Below, piece by piece: positions 35,311 to 45,562 of a stretch of DNA of 64,000 nt. Every line of letters begins with the position of its first letter. Positions within the stretch are counted from its first letter, which is position 1. A model generated the notes under the pieces. That model searched no databases. It was not told where the DNA came from and worked only from the letters and a program-made list of their open reading frames with translations. This DNA is from Syntrophales bacterium (GTDB lineage: Bacteria > Desulfobacterota > Syntrophia > Syntrophales > UBA2185), in NCBI GenBank assembly GCA_035542475.1, contig DATKLL010000148.1, positions 14,810 to 78,809 on the forward strand. The letters are read 5' to 3'. Made by a program: the position numbers and the translations under genes.

Positions 35311-35682
35311 ATGGAAAGAACGGGGTCGGAGAAATTGAGCGTTGACACTAATTCCGAAAATGGCATAATGCTTACCGAGGAGGTCGCCCGGTACCTGCGA
35401 AAAAGTTCAAGTTGGGTTTATAAAAACTGGCGTATCCTGGGCGGCGTGAAGCTCGGAGGTTCTCTGCTCTTTCCTAGAAAGGAGGACCTGAATGAGCGTT
35501 TATTCGGTAAGAGGGAAAGGGTGGCGATACGACTTCACCCTGAGAGGGATCAGGTACACGGACGCCTGGTTCAGAACAAAGTCAGATGCAAAGCAGGCAG
35601 CAGCGAAGAGAAAGGAGGATATACTAAGCCCGAAAGCGACAATAGAAACCCCGACAGACATGGGCTTCTTGGAACTGGTTAA
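35311..35682 (+). CDS. excisionase/AlpA-like helix-turn-helix protein (3' limit uncertain)
   Basis: MLTEEVARYLRKSSSWVYKNWRILGGVKLGGSLLFPRKEDL is an HTH_17-type pattern located directly upstream of the integrase. The ORF tail overlaps int by 190 nt in another frame, so the functional end is unclear. Confidence 0.5.
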   Translation: MERTGSEKLSVDTNSENGIMLTEEVARYLRKSSSWVYKNWRILGGVKLGGSLLFPRKEDLNERLFGKRERVAIRLHPERDQVHGRLVQNKVRCKAGSSEEKGGYTKPESDNRNPDRHGLLGTG

Positions 35683-36592
35683 CAGAAGGCTCGATCATGT
35701 GAAGGCCTATAATTCCGAGAGCCATTACATGGAGCATATCGGTCTCGCCCGGAGATGGATCAGGAGATGGTCAAAGCTGAAATGCAGTGATTTGAAAGTC
35801 GACGAGATTGAGAGATTCGTTGTCGAACGACGGAAGGTTTCGGCATACACTGCGAACAAAGAGATTCGTTATCTCAGGGCCCTCTTTAATTTTGGAATAA
35901 AGAGAGAGTGGACAGCGAAGAACCCCACTGCGAATATCCCGTTTCTTCCGGTGGAAAAGAAAATAAAATACATTCCTTCAAAGGAAGATGTGATGAGGGT
36001 GATACTGGCTGCCGATCCCGCTATTCAGAATTACCTGTGGACGGTCAGGGAGACGATGGGCCGGATAAGTGAGATCAACCGGCTGACGTGGCAGGACGTG
36101 GACTTCGATGGGCGATATGTCGTGCTCTATACCCGGAAGAAGAGAGGAGGGCACTTAACGCCTAGGAAGGTACCGATGACGGGAAGGCTGTACGACGTGC
36201 TGTCTCATATGTACAAGCAGAGGGATGTAACAAAGCCGTGGGTCTTCTGGCGTCGGCAATGGAACAGAAAAAAACGGGAGTGGACGGAAGGCCCGTACAA
36301 AATGAGAACCAAGATAATGGAAACGCTTTGCAGGAAGGCCGGTGTAAGGTATTTCCGTTACCATGCGATTCGTCATTTCGGTGCTTCGACGCTTGACAGT
36401 GCGAATGTGAATGTCGGGTCGATCCAGCGTATCCTGGGTCACGAGAACAGAACAACGACGGAAATATATCTCCATTCAGTCGGTGAATCTGAGCGTAAAG
36501 CGATGGAGATTTTTGAACGAGTCACAAACTTTTCACACACAGATTCACACACAGAACTGAGAAGGGAAAAGAGCGATTTTGTAAGTTACTGA
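35492..36592 (+). CDS. int: tyrosine recombinase / phage-type integrase
   Basis: 366 aa. SAM-like N-domain, a catalytic region with R (ETMGRISE), HAIRHFGAST, GHENRTTTEIYLH (H-x-x-R ... Y). Ends 6 nt from the tRNA 3' end. Confidence 0.9.
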   Translation: MSVYSVRGKGWRYDFTLRGIRYTDAWFRTKSDAKQAAAKRKEDILSPKATIETPTDMGFLELVNRRLDHVKAYNSESHYMEHIGLARRWIRRWSKLKCSDLKVDEIERFVVERRKVSAYTANKEIRYLRALFNFGIKREWTAKNPTANIPFLPVEKKIKYIPSKEDVMRVILAADPAIQNYLWTVRETMGRISEINRLTWQDVDFDGRYVVLYTRKKRGGHLTPRKVPMTGRLYDVLSHMYKQRDVTKPWVFWRRQWNRKKREWTEGPYKMRTKIMETLCRKAGVRYFRYHAIRHFGASTLDSANVNVGSIQRILGHENRTTTEIYLHSVGESERKAMEIFERVTNFSHTDSHTELRREKSDFVSY

Positions 36593-36598
36593 CATTAT

Positions 36599-36675
36599 TG
36601 GTGCCCCCGGCGCGACTCGAACGCGCGGCACACGGATTAGGAATCCGTTGCTCTATCCGCCTGAGCTACGGGGGC
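36599..36675 (-). tRNA. tRNA-Arg (anticodon CCU)
   Basis: Reverse complement is GCCCCCGTAGCTCAGGCGGATAGAGCAACGGATTCCTAATCCGTGTGCCGCGCGTTCGAGTCGCGCCGGGGGCACCA. It folds as a cloverleaf with a 7-bp acceptor, GCTC/GAGC D stem, ACGGA/TCCGT anticodon stem with loop TTCCTAA, GCGCG/CGCGC T stem with TTCGAGT loop, and an encoded CCA. Confidence 0.85.
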
Positions 36676-36769
36676 ACTCATTGTGTAGCAGGATGAAGGG
36701 CTTTAACATGGTTTTGCTTGAGGTGTCAATGTCTGTATTATTTCCAAATCAGAATAGATTGCCACTTCA

Positions 36770-37672
36770 TTATGCTTGCAATGACTGCAAATGTGTTTCA
36801 ATGATGCACTCCTCACAGAACTTCGACAACTGGAGATACTCGGCAGAAACATCTTTGATGGCCTCTTCCGGGATGAGGCCTACCAGCTCCGATTCCAGAA
36901 TGGAAATACCAGACTCTGATGCTTTCTCCTTTACCGCGTCAAAGACTGTCCGGATCGATGTCGCTTTGTAATTTGTCAGGTTCATTGATACCTGAACGAT
37001 GTTCCTGCTTCGTAAAGGAACCCCTATGGCCTTCACGTGCTGCAGCCCGCCGCTGGACTGCCTTATGGAATAGGCGATATCTTTTGCCGCTTGAAGATTG
37101 TCTGTTGCAAGGTTGATATTGAAGGCAATGAGAGGCTCACGCGCTCCGACGGCTACAGCACCGCTTCGCGGATTAAAGAGTGCCGGTCCTGCATCCGGCA
37201 GCCAAGAAGGATTGTCAAACCGCGTTTTCAGGGCTTCGTACTCTCCTTTACGGACGTCGGGTAATTCCCTTCTTGCGGGATCGAGTGCCGCTTCACCATA
37301 GAAATAAACAGGGATTTTCTTCCTTTTTCCAAAGCCACGTCCAAACCGGTGCGCCGCATCCACAGCATTTTTCATCGTTGCACCTTTCAGAGGTACAAAA
37401 GGTACGACATCCACCGCCCCAATGCGGGGGTGGACACCCTTGTGCTCGCGCATGTCAATCAGATCAACGGCCTTTTCACAGACGGCCGCTGCTCCCTTCT
37501 CCACAGCTTCCGGTGTCCCGATGAAAGTCATAACCATCCGGTTATGGTCCGCATCGATACATGTATCGAGCAGCCTCACATCCTCAACCGCGGAAAGCGC
37601 CGACACGATGCGGTCTATCTTTTTCCTGTCCCTGCCTTCGCTAAAATTGGGGACGCATTCAATGATCTTCAT
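36770..37672 (-). CDS. ftcD: glutamate formimidoyltransferase
   Basis: MKIIECVPNFSEGRD is the canonical start of the formiminotransferase domain. 300 aa, which is the N plus sub-domain length. Confidence 0.85.
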   Translation of the reverse strand: MKIIECVPNFSEGRDRKKIDRIVSALSAVEDVRLLDTCIDADHNRMVMTFIGTPEAVEKGAAAVCEKAVDLIDMREHKGVHPRIGAVDVVPFVPLKGATMKNAVDAAHRFGRGFGKRKKIPVYFYGEAALDPARRELPDVRKGEYEALKTRFDNPSWLPDAGPALFNPRSGAVAVGAREPLIAFNINLATDNLQAAKDIAYSIRQSSGGLQHVKAIGVPLRSRNIVQVSMNLTNYKATSIRTVFDAVKEKASESGISILESELVGLIPEEAIKDVSAEYLQLSKFCEECIIETHLQSLQA

Positions 37673-37676
37673 GCCA

Positions 37677-38321
37677 TCAGACTTGATATATCTTCATTTC
37701 CGTCAGTTCAATGCACGTCAATTTACCGCCGTATACAGCACCTGTATCAAGGCCGATCTTGTTATTATCGGTCAGGGGTTCTGTAAAAGAGAGAGGGGTG
37801 TGTCCGAATATAACGACCTTGCCAAAATCGTAGGTAGAATTGATGAACTCGTAGCGAATCCAGATAAGGTCTTCTATGTTCTGTTTATTGATGGGGACGC
37901 CGGGTCTTAGTCCTGCATGCACAAATATATAGTCATCCGTTTCATAATATGGCCGGAGGGTGGTTAAGAACTCCATGTGCTCGTCCGGCACATATAAACT
38001 ATTACTGCTATCCCGTGTAAAGCCATAAGATATTAATGTGCTTATGCCGCCGTTATGCAGGAAAAGCTCTTCATCCTTTTTTTCGATGTAGTAATTTAAA
38101 AACATTCGCTCATGATTTCCCAGCAGACAGACAACATTTTTTATTTTTTTTCTGATATCAAGGATTTTATCAATGACTCCTCTCGAATCAGGGCCTCTGT
38201 CTATATAGTCCCCAATAAACACGAGCGTGTCCTTTTCGGTATCAATATTGAGCCTGGCCATTAATCTATCGAGCTTTAATATGTATCCGTGTATGTCCCC
38301 TACGGCAAATATCTTTCCCAT
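37677..38321 (-). CDS. PPP-family metallophosphoesterase (PrpA/ApaH-like Ser/Thr phosphatase)
   Basis: Motifs GDIHGY, GDYIDRGPDS, GNHE and HAG...GH in order. Confidence 0.75.
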   Translation of the reverse strand: MGKIFAVGDIHGYILKLDRLMARLNIDTEKDTLVFIGDYIDRGPDSRGVIDKILDIRKKIKNVVCLLGNHERMFLNYYIEKKDEELFLHNGGISTLISYGFTRDSSNSLYVPDEHMEFLTTLRPYYETDDYIFVHAGLRPGVPINKQNIEDLIWIRYEFINSTYDFGKVVIFGHTPLSFTEPLTDNNKIGLDTGAVYGGKLTCIELTEMKIYQV

Positions 38322-38334
38322 TTAAAAAACTTCC

Positions 38335-39333
38335 TTATCCTTCCCTCTGGCCTGTGTCTTGTGCGAAGAGGGCCGTTACAAATTCTTCACTATTGAAACT
38401 CTTTAAATCATCCAGTCCTTCGCCGATACCGATATAGCGGATGGGTATGTTGAGTTCCCTGGCAATTCCTATAATGACTCCGCCCTTTGCTGTTCCATCC
38501 AGCTTAGTTAATATAATTCCCGATACTCCTATTTCATCATAAAACATCTTCGCCTGAAGAACGGCATTTTGGCCGGTCGTGGCATCGAGCACGAGGAGGA
38601 TCTCATGCTGACCACCCGGGAGTTCCCTTCCAATGATGCGCTTCATCTTCTTCAGCTCCTCCATCAGATTTACCTTGGTGTGAAGCCTGCCAGCCGTATC
38701 AATAATTAAGACATCAGCCTTCCTGGTCTTTGCTGCGTCAATGGCATCAAAGACAACAGCGGAAGGATCCGCGCCGATTTTCTGTTTGATCAGGGGCACA
38801 TCCACCCTCTGGCTCCAGATTTCAAGCTGTTCGATCGCTGCCGCCCTGAAAGTGTCGGCGGCAACAAGCATGATGGACATACCGTCTTTTTTCAAATTAT
38901 GCGCGAGCTTGCCAATGGTTGTCGTCTTGCCTGTCCCGTTGACGCCCACCACCAGTATAGTAAAGAGCCCATTACGCGGGACGTAAAAGGATGATTCATT
39001 TTTTCTCAACGTGTTCGTGATGGTATCCTTCAGGACTTTTTTGAGCAGTGCAGGATTACCGAGTTCTTTTCTCCTGACCTGCTCCTTCATTTTTTCGATC
39101 AGCTCGTAGGTAAAGGCAGGACCGACATCAGCTGTTATCAGAGTTTCCTCCAGTTCTTCGAACAGTTTCTGATCAATGATCCTTTCCCCCAGGAGGAGGT
39201 CATCAATATTTTTAACGAAACTTTTCCTTGTCCTGGTAAGACCGGCCTTCAGTTTCTCGAAAAAACCCTTCTTTTCATTGTCTTCCATTCTCAAATCCAT
39301 ACCATAACTTGATTTATTTTTTCTTATAACCAT
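38335..39333 (-). CDS. ftsY: signal recognition particle receptor FtsY
   Basis: NG domain with GVNGTGKTTTIGKLA, DTAGRL and TKLDGTAKGG. Confidence 0.9.
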   Translation of the reverse strand: MVIRKNKSSYGMDLRMEDNEKKGFFEKLKAGLTRTRKSFVKNIDDLLLGERIIDQKLFEELEETLITADVGPAFTYELIEKMKEQVRRKELGNPALLKKVLKDTITNTLRKNESSFYVPRNGLFTILVVGVNGTGKTTTIGKLAHNLKKDGMSIMLVAADTFRAAAIEQLEIWSQRVDVPLIKQKIGADPSAVVFDAIDAAKTRKADVLIIDTAGRLHTKVNLMEELKKMKRIIGRELPGGQHEILLVLDATTGQNAVLQAKMFYDEIGVSGIILTKLDGTAKGGVIIGIARELNIPIRYIGIGEGLDDLKSFNSEEFVTALFAQDTGQREG

Positions 39334-39806
39334 TTTTACCAGGAGATGTAAAGGACGGAATAAGGATGCCTTGGAACATCTGTTTATGCAAATTTACACA
39401 TATATCTTATATGACATATGTTGTTGAAATAATTAGATTTCTTGCCGATTTATGCTTGACACCGTCAGATAATTAGTGTAAAGGGAGGCGCTTCGTTCAT
39501 TTCCCGGCTGATACCTGTGATCTGTTTTAATTCTCGCAGGAAAAATCAGAAAGCTGTTGCAAAAAACGAGTATTTTTTCTCAGACTCACACAATATATAT
39601 ATATAATTCTCTAACTGATGAACTAGCACGCAGTTTTTTCAAAAGATGTTAATAGAATTCATCTACATTTACTCGCCACCATTACCAGCACAGCATCTCT
39701 GTAGTCGAACATCTCTTTATTTCGATTACTATTTTATCGTCTGCAGTTTTAACGAAGGGCGTTAACAGACATGACCTATTTTCAGTTTGTATGAAAGGAG
39801 TATGTA

Positions 39807-42503
39807 ATGGAAACAAATAAGATTTCACTGACTATTGACGGAAAGGAGGTTCAAGCCACTGCCGGACAGACAATTCTGGAGGTTGCCCGGGATAACGGTA
39901 TTTATATACCGACGCTCTGTCAGTATGCGAATACCACAAATGTCGGTGCGTGCCGTGTGTGTGTGGTCGAGGTTGCGGGCGCGAGAACCCTTGTGGCCTC
40001 CTGCTGCATGCCGATAAACGCAGGCATGGTTGTCAAAACCGATACACCGGCTGTGAGGGCAGCCCAAAGACTGGTTGTCGAGCTACTCTGGTCTTCGGGC
40101 GATCACAACTGTCTTACGTGCGAACAGAACGGTGCCTGCGAACTGCAGAATCTGATTTACTGGTTACAGATCGAAAAACCACGGTTTGAAATCGAATCCC
40201 CCGGTTATGAAATTGAAAAAACCAATGTTATGATTCAGAGAGACCTCAACAAATGCATCCTCTGCGGCAGATGTATCAGGGCCTGTAATGAGATTCAGGT
40301 CAATGAAGTCCTTGATTTTTCCATGCGGGGATTCCGCACTAAGGTCGGTCCAGCCTTTGATGCGGATTATATCGATTCCACATGCGTCTTCTGCGGCGAG
40401 TGTGTAGATTCCTGCCCGGTAGGTGCAATCACGTTTAAACAGGCAAAATTTCAGGGCCGTCCATGGGAATTGAAAAAGGTAAAAACGACATGCACATACT
40501 GCGGCGTCGGCTGCCAGATGGATCTTAACATCCATAACGGTAAGATAATCAAAGTTACAGGCAATCGTGACTATGGTCAACCTAATGAGGGCAGACTCTG
40601 TGTCAAAGGCCGTTTCGGACTGGATTTCGTCCAGCATCCTGACCGCCTGAAAACCCCCCTTGTTCGGAAAAACGGGGAGTTGAAAGCGGCAAGCTGGGAT
40701 GAGGCGTACAGCTTCATTGCTGATAAACTTCATTCTATCAAGAAGAAAAACGGTCCTGACAGTATCGCGGGGTTCTCCTCTGCAAGGGTTACGAATGAAG
40801 AAAACTATCTCTTCCAGAAATTCATGAGAGCGGTAATCGGCACCAACAATGTAGATCACTGCGCACGTCTTTGACACTCCTCCACAGTGGCCGGTCTGGC
40901 CGCTGCCTTTGGAAGTGGTGCAATGACCAATTCTATCGATGAACTCGAATATACCAACGTCATGCTCGCCATAGGAACAAACACAACAGAGAATCACCCT
41001 GTTATCAGTTCTAAAGTAAAGCGAGCTGTTCGTCTGCGCGGTGCAAAACTGATCGTCGCTGATCCGAGAAAAATCGACCTGGTGAAATATGCCACCATAT
41101 GGCTGCGCCAGAAGCCGGGCACTGACGTGGCCCTCTTAAACGGCATGATGAACGTAATTATCGCTGAAGGCCTCTACGCGAAGGAATATGTGGATACGCG
41201 CACCGAGGGCTTTGAAGCCCTGAAAAATGTAGTGGAGAAATTTACCCCGAAGTATTCGGAAAAGATCACAGGAGTCCCTGCCGAAGACATTAAAGCGGCA
41301 GCCCGTTTGTATGCGGGTGCGGGGAAGGCTGCAATCCTCTACACTATGGGTATCACACAACACGTCACGGGCACGGACAACGTCAAGTCCTGCGCGAATC
41401 TTGCCATGCTCTGCGGCTATGTGGGGATTGAGGGAGGGGGCGTCGATCCTCTGAGAGGGCAGAATAACGTCCAGGGTGCATGTGATATGGGCGCCCTTCC
41501 TGTCGTCTTCACCGGGTATCAGCCGGTAGCTAATGATGAGTCAAGGGCAAAATTCGAGAAGGCCTGGGGTGTCACTTTACCGCCCAAACCGGGTCTTACC
41601 ATCGTGGAAACGTTGAATGCCGCCCATGAAGGAAAGGTGAAAGCCCTCTATGTCTGCGGTGAAAATCCCATGCTCTCCGATCCTGATTTGACCCATGCAA
41701 AAGAAGCATTGAATCATCTGGATCTCCTTGTCGTACAGGATATCCTCCTCAGTGAAACGGCGCAGCTTGCGCACGTTGTCCTGCCCGCCGCCTGTTTCGC
41801 TGAAAAAGATGGAACCTTCTCTAACACCGAAAGGAGGGTGCAACGCGTCAGAAAGGCTGTAGATGCTCCCGGCCAGGCAAAACCGGACTGGGAAATCATT
41901 TCCGAACTGTCCACGAAAATGGGCTATCCTATGAAGTATGCCGCACCTGAATATATTATGAAGGAGATCAACCTGCTAACACCAAGCTATGCAGGCATCA
42001 CTTATGGGAGACTTGAAAAAGAAGGCATTCAGTGGCCGTGTCCCAATACGGATCATCTGGGGACCAAGTTCCTGCATAAAGACAGATTCAGCAGAGGGCT
42101 CGGATTATTCCACGCCATAGATTATATTCCTCCGGCAGAAGTCCCGGATGCTCAGTATCCGTTTGTAATGACCACGGGTCGTGTCCTTTACCAGTATCAC
42201 ACCGGTACCATGTCGCGCCTCTCCAAAGGAATAACGCAGAGATGCCCGGAATCCCTGGTAGAGATTAACCCGGGTGACGCAAAAAAACTCGGGATCAAGG
42301 AAGGCCAGTTGACTAAGGTCTCGTCACGACGCGGCATCGTCCAGGCGAAGGCTCAGGTAACGGAGCGCGTGCCTAAAGGGACCGTCTTCATGAATTTCCA
42401 TTTTAAGGAAGCAGCCGTTAATTTGCTCACGAACCCCGCTCTCGATCCGATTTGCAAAATTCCGGAATATAAGGTATGCGCCGTCAAAGTGGAAGCGGCA
42501 TAG
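39807..42503 (+). CDS. fdhA: selenocysteine-containing formate dehydrogenase alpha subunit with N-terminal 2Fe-2S/4Fe-4S (NuoG-like) domains
   Basis: Track ORFs 39807..40874 and 40887..42503 are in the same frame, joined by TGA 40872..40874 in the context [31 protein letters not shown]-terminal Cys clusters are followed by a MopB molybdopterin domain and a C-terminal barrel. Confidence 0.9.
40885..40905 (+). promoter_or_regulatory. bacterial SECIS-like hairpin
   Basis: CAGUGGCC-GGUCU-GGCCGCUG is an 8-bp stem starting 10 nt after the UGA. The apical GGUCU resembles the loop of E. coli fdhF SECIS. Confidence 0.6.
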
Positions 42504-42522
42504 AAAGAACCCATGATTGACA

Positions 42523-42553
42523 GTTGCCCCGCCCATCAGTGGGGCAACTTTAA
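42523..42553 (+). terminator. hairpin after fdhA (terminator/attenuator)
   Basis: GTTGCCCC-GCCCATCAGT-GGGGCAAC followed by TTTAAATT. Confidence 0.45.
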
Positions 42554-42597
42554 ATTATAGAAGAGTAAAATATTTTATAATGAAGGAGCAATGTATT

Positions 42598-43839
42598 ATG
42601 AGTAATGAAAATTTAGAAGGAAAGAGATGGTGGATTGCGATTGCCGCAATCGTCATGCAATTGTGTCTGGGGACGGTCTATGCCTGGTCCGTTTTTAAGA
42701 AACCTTTAATGGCCACCCATGGCTGGGGTGAGACGGCCACGCAGGTGACGTTTATGATCTGTATCGGCATGATCGGCATCGCCGCTGCCTTTGGAGGGAC
42801 CCTTGTAGATAAGAAAGGCCCCAAGTTTGTGGCTACCATCGGCGGTATTCTGTTCGGTGTTGGAACCCTCCTTTCCGGGTTGGCCGATCAGATGGGAAGC
42901 ATCTGGCTTCTTTATTTAGGGTTTGGTCTCATTGCCGGCCTGGGGAACGGCTTCGGCTACATTACACCCATCGCCACCCTGATCCGCTGGTTTCCCGACA
43001 AGAGGGGTCTGGTGACGGGTCTCGCGGTTATGGGTTTCGGTGTCGGCGCCTTCTTTATGGGCAAGATCGCTCCCCCGATGGTGATTTCCATGGGTGTGGC
43101 ACAAACGTTCTATATCTGGGGCGTGATCTTCCTCGTTCTAGTTACAGCATCAGCACAGTTATACAAGAATCCACCCAAAGGCTGGCTCCCGGCGGGTTTC
43201 ACTCCCAAAGCGGCAACTGGCGTCTCCGCAGCGCAGTCATTCACCTTTGACGAAGCCGTGAAGACTCCCCAATGGTGGATGCTCTGGGGCATGCTTTTTC
43301 TGAACGTATCCGCCGGACTCGGTCTGATTTCACAGCTCTCACCCATGGCCCAAGATGTAATCAAGAAGGCCGATCCCACCATAACTGCGGCGGCCCTGGC
43401 TCTCGCGGGTGGATCGATCCTGGCATACGCGTCCATCTTTAACGGCCTGGGCAGGCTCTTCTGGGCCTGGACATCGGATGCCATCGGCAGGCGGAACGTC
43501 TTCATTACGATGTTCATTACGCAGGCTGCACTCTACATCTTATTGCCCTTTATCGGAAGCGAATTTATTTTCACGATAATCGCATGCTATTTGCTGGCCT
43601 GTTACGGCGGCGGTTTTGCCACTATGCCGGCCTTCGCCGCAGACTCCTTTGGCCCGGGATACATCGGCAAGGTGTACGGGATTATGCTGACGGCGTGGGG
43701 CGCCGCGGGTATTGTGGGACCGCTGGTATTCGCCGCGATAAAGGGCGTTGCGTTGTACGTAGCCGCAGGACTCCTGATCGTTGGCCTCCTGCTGGCGCTC
43801 GGCTACAAGAGACCGGCGCCGAAAGAAGCGAAGGCATAA
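42598..43839 (+). CDS. MFS transporter, oxalate/formate antiporter (OFA) family
   Basis: MSNENLEGKRWWIAIAAIVMQLCLGTVYAWSVF is a typical OFA N-terminus, with 12 predicted TM segments. AGGAG lies 9 nt before ATG 42598 (track ORF begins at 42517). Confidence 0.8.
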   Translation: MSNENLEGKRWWIAIAAIVMQLCLGTVYAWSVFKKPLMATHGWGETATQVTFMICIGMIGIAAAFGGTLVDKKGPKFVATIGGILFGVGTLLSGLADQMGSIWLLYLGFGLIAGLGNGFGYITPIATLIRWFPDKRGLVTGLAVMGFGVGAFFMGKIAPPMVISMGVAQTFYIWGVIFLVLVTASAQLYKNPPKGWLPAGFTPKAATGVSAAQSFTFDEAVKTPQWWMLWGMLFLNVSAGLGLISQLSPMAQDVIKKADPTITAAALALAGGSILAYASIFNGLGRLFWAWTSDAIGRRNVFITMFITQAALYILLPFIGSEFIFTIIACYLLACYGGGFATMPAFAADSFGPGYIGKVYGIMLTAWGAAGIVGPLVFAAIKGVALYVAAGLLIVGLLLALGYKRPAPKEAKA

Positions 43840-44122
43840 CTTCTCATATTTATAAACGCAGGGCGGATTTCATCACATTCTACCAAAATGAGGCAGATCC
43901 GTCCTGCCGTAACACGGAAATTGGCGGTAGGCAGGTTTGGATTTAAATTTTGTTGCTCTCTTTTATATCATCCGATGGATAATCAATTTTCAGCCATAGC
44001 CTGATTGCTATTCCTTCCGGATCATGTTTAATTTTAGCAACTGTATAGTTTTAAATATTCTGAAAAATAATAAATTATCTATATTTTCATGCCAACCGCT
44101 GCCTGGAATCATTTAAGGAGGA

Positions 44123-44596
44123 ATGGAGAAAATGCAAAATACACTTAGCTCTGTAATTAATATGGCCATAGACAAAGAGCAGGAGGCCTACGATTTTTAT
44201 ATGGACCTCTATAACCTGGTAGAGGATAAGGAGGCGAAGAGCACCCTGAAGTATATTGCCCAGGAGGAAGCCAAGCATAAAGAATTTCTGACGACATGCC
44301 AGGAAGGCCGCTTCTGCTCGGAAGTTTTGAAATTGGAGACACCCGTTGATTATAAAATCATAGAACACATGAAGAAGCCGGATGTTAAAAAGGACTTAAA
44401 AAGCGCCGAGGTCTATCTGATTGCCGCCAACAGGGAGATTAACGCCTACAATTTTTACAACAGCCTGGCAAGAAGCTATCCGGCAGGCGATGTGAAAGAG
44501 CTGTTGACCAAAATGGCAAGCGAAGAATTAAAGCACAAGGAAAAGATGGAGTATCTTTACGCCAATACGGCTTTTCCGCAAACTGCCGGCGGTTGA
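44123..44596 (+). CDS. ferritin-like diiron protein (rubrerythrin/erythrin family)
   Basis: Two E...ExxH half-sites: EQEAYDFY...QEEAKHKEFL and EINAYNFY...SEELKHKEKM. Confidence 0.6.
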   Translation: MEKMQNTLSSVINMAIDKEQEAYDFYMDLYNLVEDKEAKSTLKYIAQEEAKHKEFLTTCQEGRFCSEVLKLETPVDYKIIEHMKKPDVKKDLKSAEVYLIAANREINAYNFYNSLARSYPAGDVKELLTKMASEELKHKEKMEYLYANTAFPQTAGG

Positions 44597-44673
44597 TTTC
44601 TTTAATAAGGCAGAGTAACAGAGTTCTTTTTAGATGCTTAAATAACAAAGATCAATGAATGGAGGGTTAAAAA

Positions 44674-45114
44674 ATGTTTGCACCGAAAAATATTTTAGTT
44701 CCAACAGATTTTTCCGAGTATTCAGACAAGGCATTAAAGAAGGCTGTGGATATTGCATCAGAGCATAAGTCCAAGATTTATCTTCTGCATGTCGTAGATC
44801 AGGTAGTGCAGTGCGCGGTCGATTATTGCCTCGATATCTCTCTCGTGAAGCAAGTCGAAAAGCAGAGTTTGAAGTTTGCCAGGGAAAAGCTGCAAAAGGA
44901 AGTGGAACAGCTAGCTCCGTCCAAGAAAATACAGATCAGCGCTGATGTAAAGATGGGAGATACACTTGAAACGATCCTAAAAGAGCAAAAAGACAAACGC
45001 ATTGATCTCATTGTGATCGCATCACGGGGGAAAAAGGGATTAATTCATCATCTCGGCAGTGTCGCCGATAAGGTTATGAGGGCAGCCAAATGCCCCGTCA
45101 TGCTGGTTAAGTAA
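44674..45114 (+). CDS. universal stress protein (UspA family)
   Basis: NILVPTDFSEYSDKALKKAVDIA ... LIVIASRGKKGLIHHLGSVADKVMRAAKCPVMLVK. Confidence 0.85.
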   Translation: MFAPKNILVPTDFSEYSDKALKKAVDIASEHKSKIYLLHVVDQVVQCAVDYCLDISLVKQVEKQSLKFAREKLQKEVEQLAPSKKIQISADVKMGDTLETILKEQKDKRIDLIVIASRGKKGLIHHLGSVADKVMRAAKCPVMLVK

Positions 45115-45115
45115 A

Positions 45116-45325
45116 GTTGCCGTCATCAACCGCGATCGCTGCATCGGTTGTGGAGTTTGTGTTGTGGCATGTGTTAATGATGCCCAACTAATGCATAAAA
45201 AAGATAAAACTCATATACCACCAAAAACCCATAACGATATGTACAAGAAAATTATGATCGAACGTTTTGGGTTAGTGAATACTTTAAAAACTGTGTCGCG
45301 TGTATTGACGGGGAGAAAGGTATAG
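45116..45325 (+). pseudogene. start-less 3' fragment of a 4Fe-4S ferredoxin-domain gene
   Basis: Hand translation VAVINRDRCIGCGVCVVACVNDAQLMHKKDKTHIPPKTHNDMYKKIMIERFGLVNTLKTVSRVLTGRKV* begins 2 nt after the usp stop with no start codon. Confidence 0.35.
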
Positions 45326-45349
45326 CAAAAAAAGGAAGGACAACACGAA

Positions 45350-45380
45350 GGGCAGGGTCAAATTGGCTCTGCCCTTTTTG
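45350..45380 (+). terminator. intrinsic terminator
   Basis: GGGCAG-GGTCAAATTGGCT-CTGCCC followed by TTTTT. Confidence 0.5.
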
Positions 45381-45562
45381 TATCTCAAATTAGGGATTAT
45401 CAATTGAAATGTAACATGGATGAACAAAAATGGCTTTACAGAAAAAAAGCAATAAAGAAGTGGTTGTTTAAATCATCTGCTTATCTTAAGCTTCTTGTAG
45501 ATCCAAAAGTTAAAGATTTTCGATTTAAGTGATTCGACACTAGAGAAAGGAGTAAATCGACC

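Noticed and set aside
35492-35682. 190-nt overlap between the Xis-like ORF and the integrase start as a programmed overlap/frameshift
   Set aside because: It is more simply an unconstrained ORF tail lacking an earlier stop. No slippery sequence was seen.
36648-36971. + strand ORF of 107 aa
   Set aside because: It starts inside the tRNA-Arg gene and runs antisense into ftcD. There is no family signature.
42517-42597. 27-codon N-terminal extension of the MFS transporter ORF
   Set aside because: It spans the fdhA terminator hairpin and begins at a non-ATG codon. ATG 42598 has a well-spaced AGGAG and yields the canonical OFA N-terminus.
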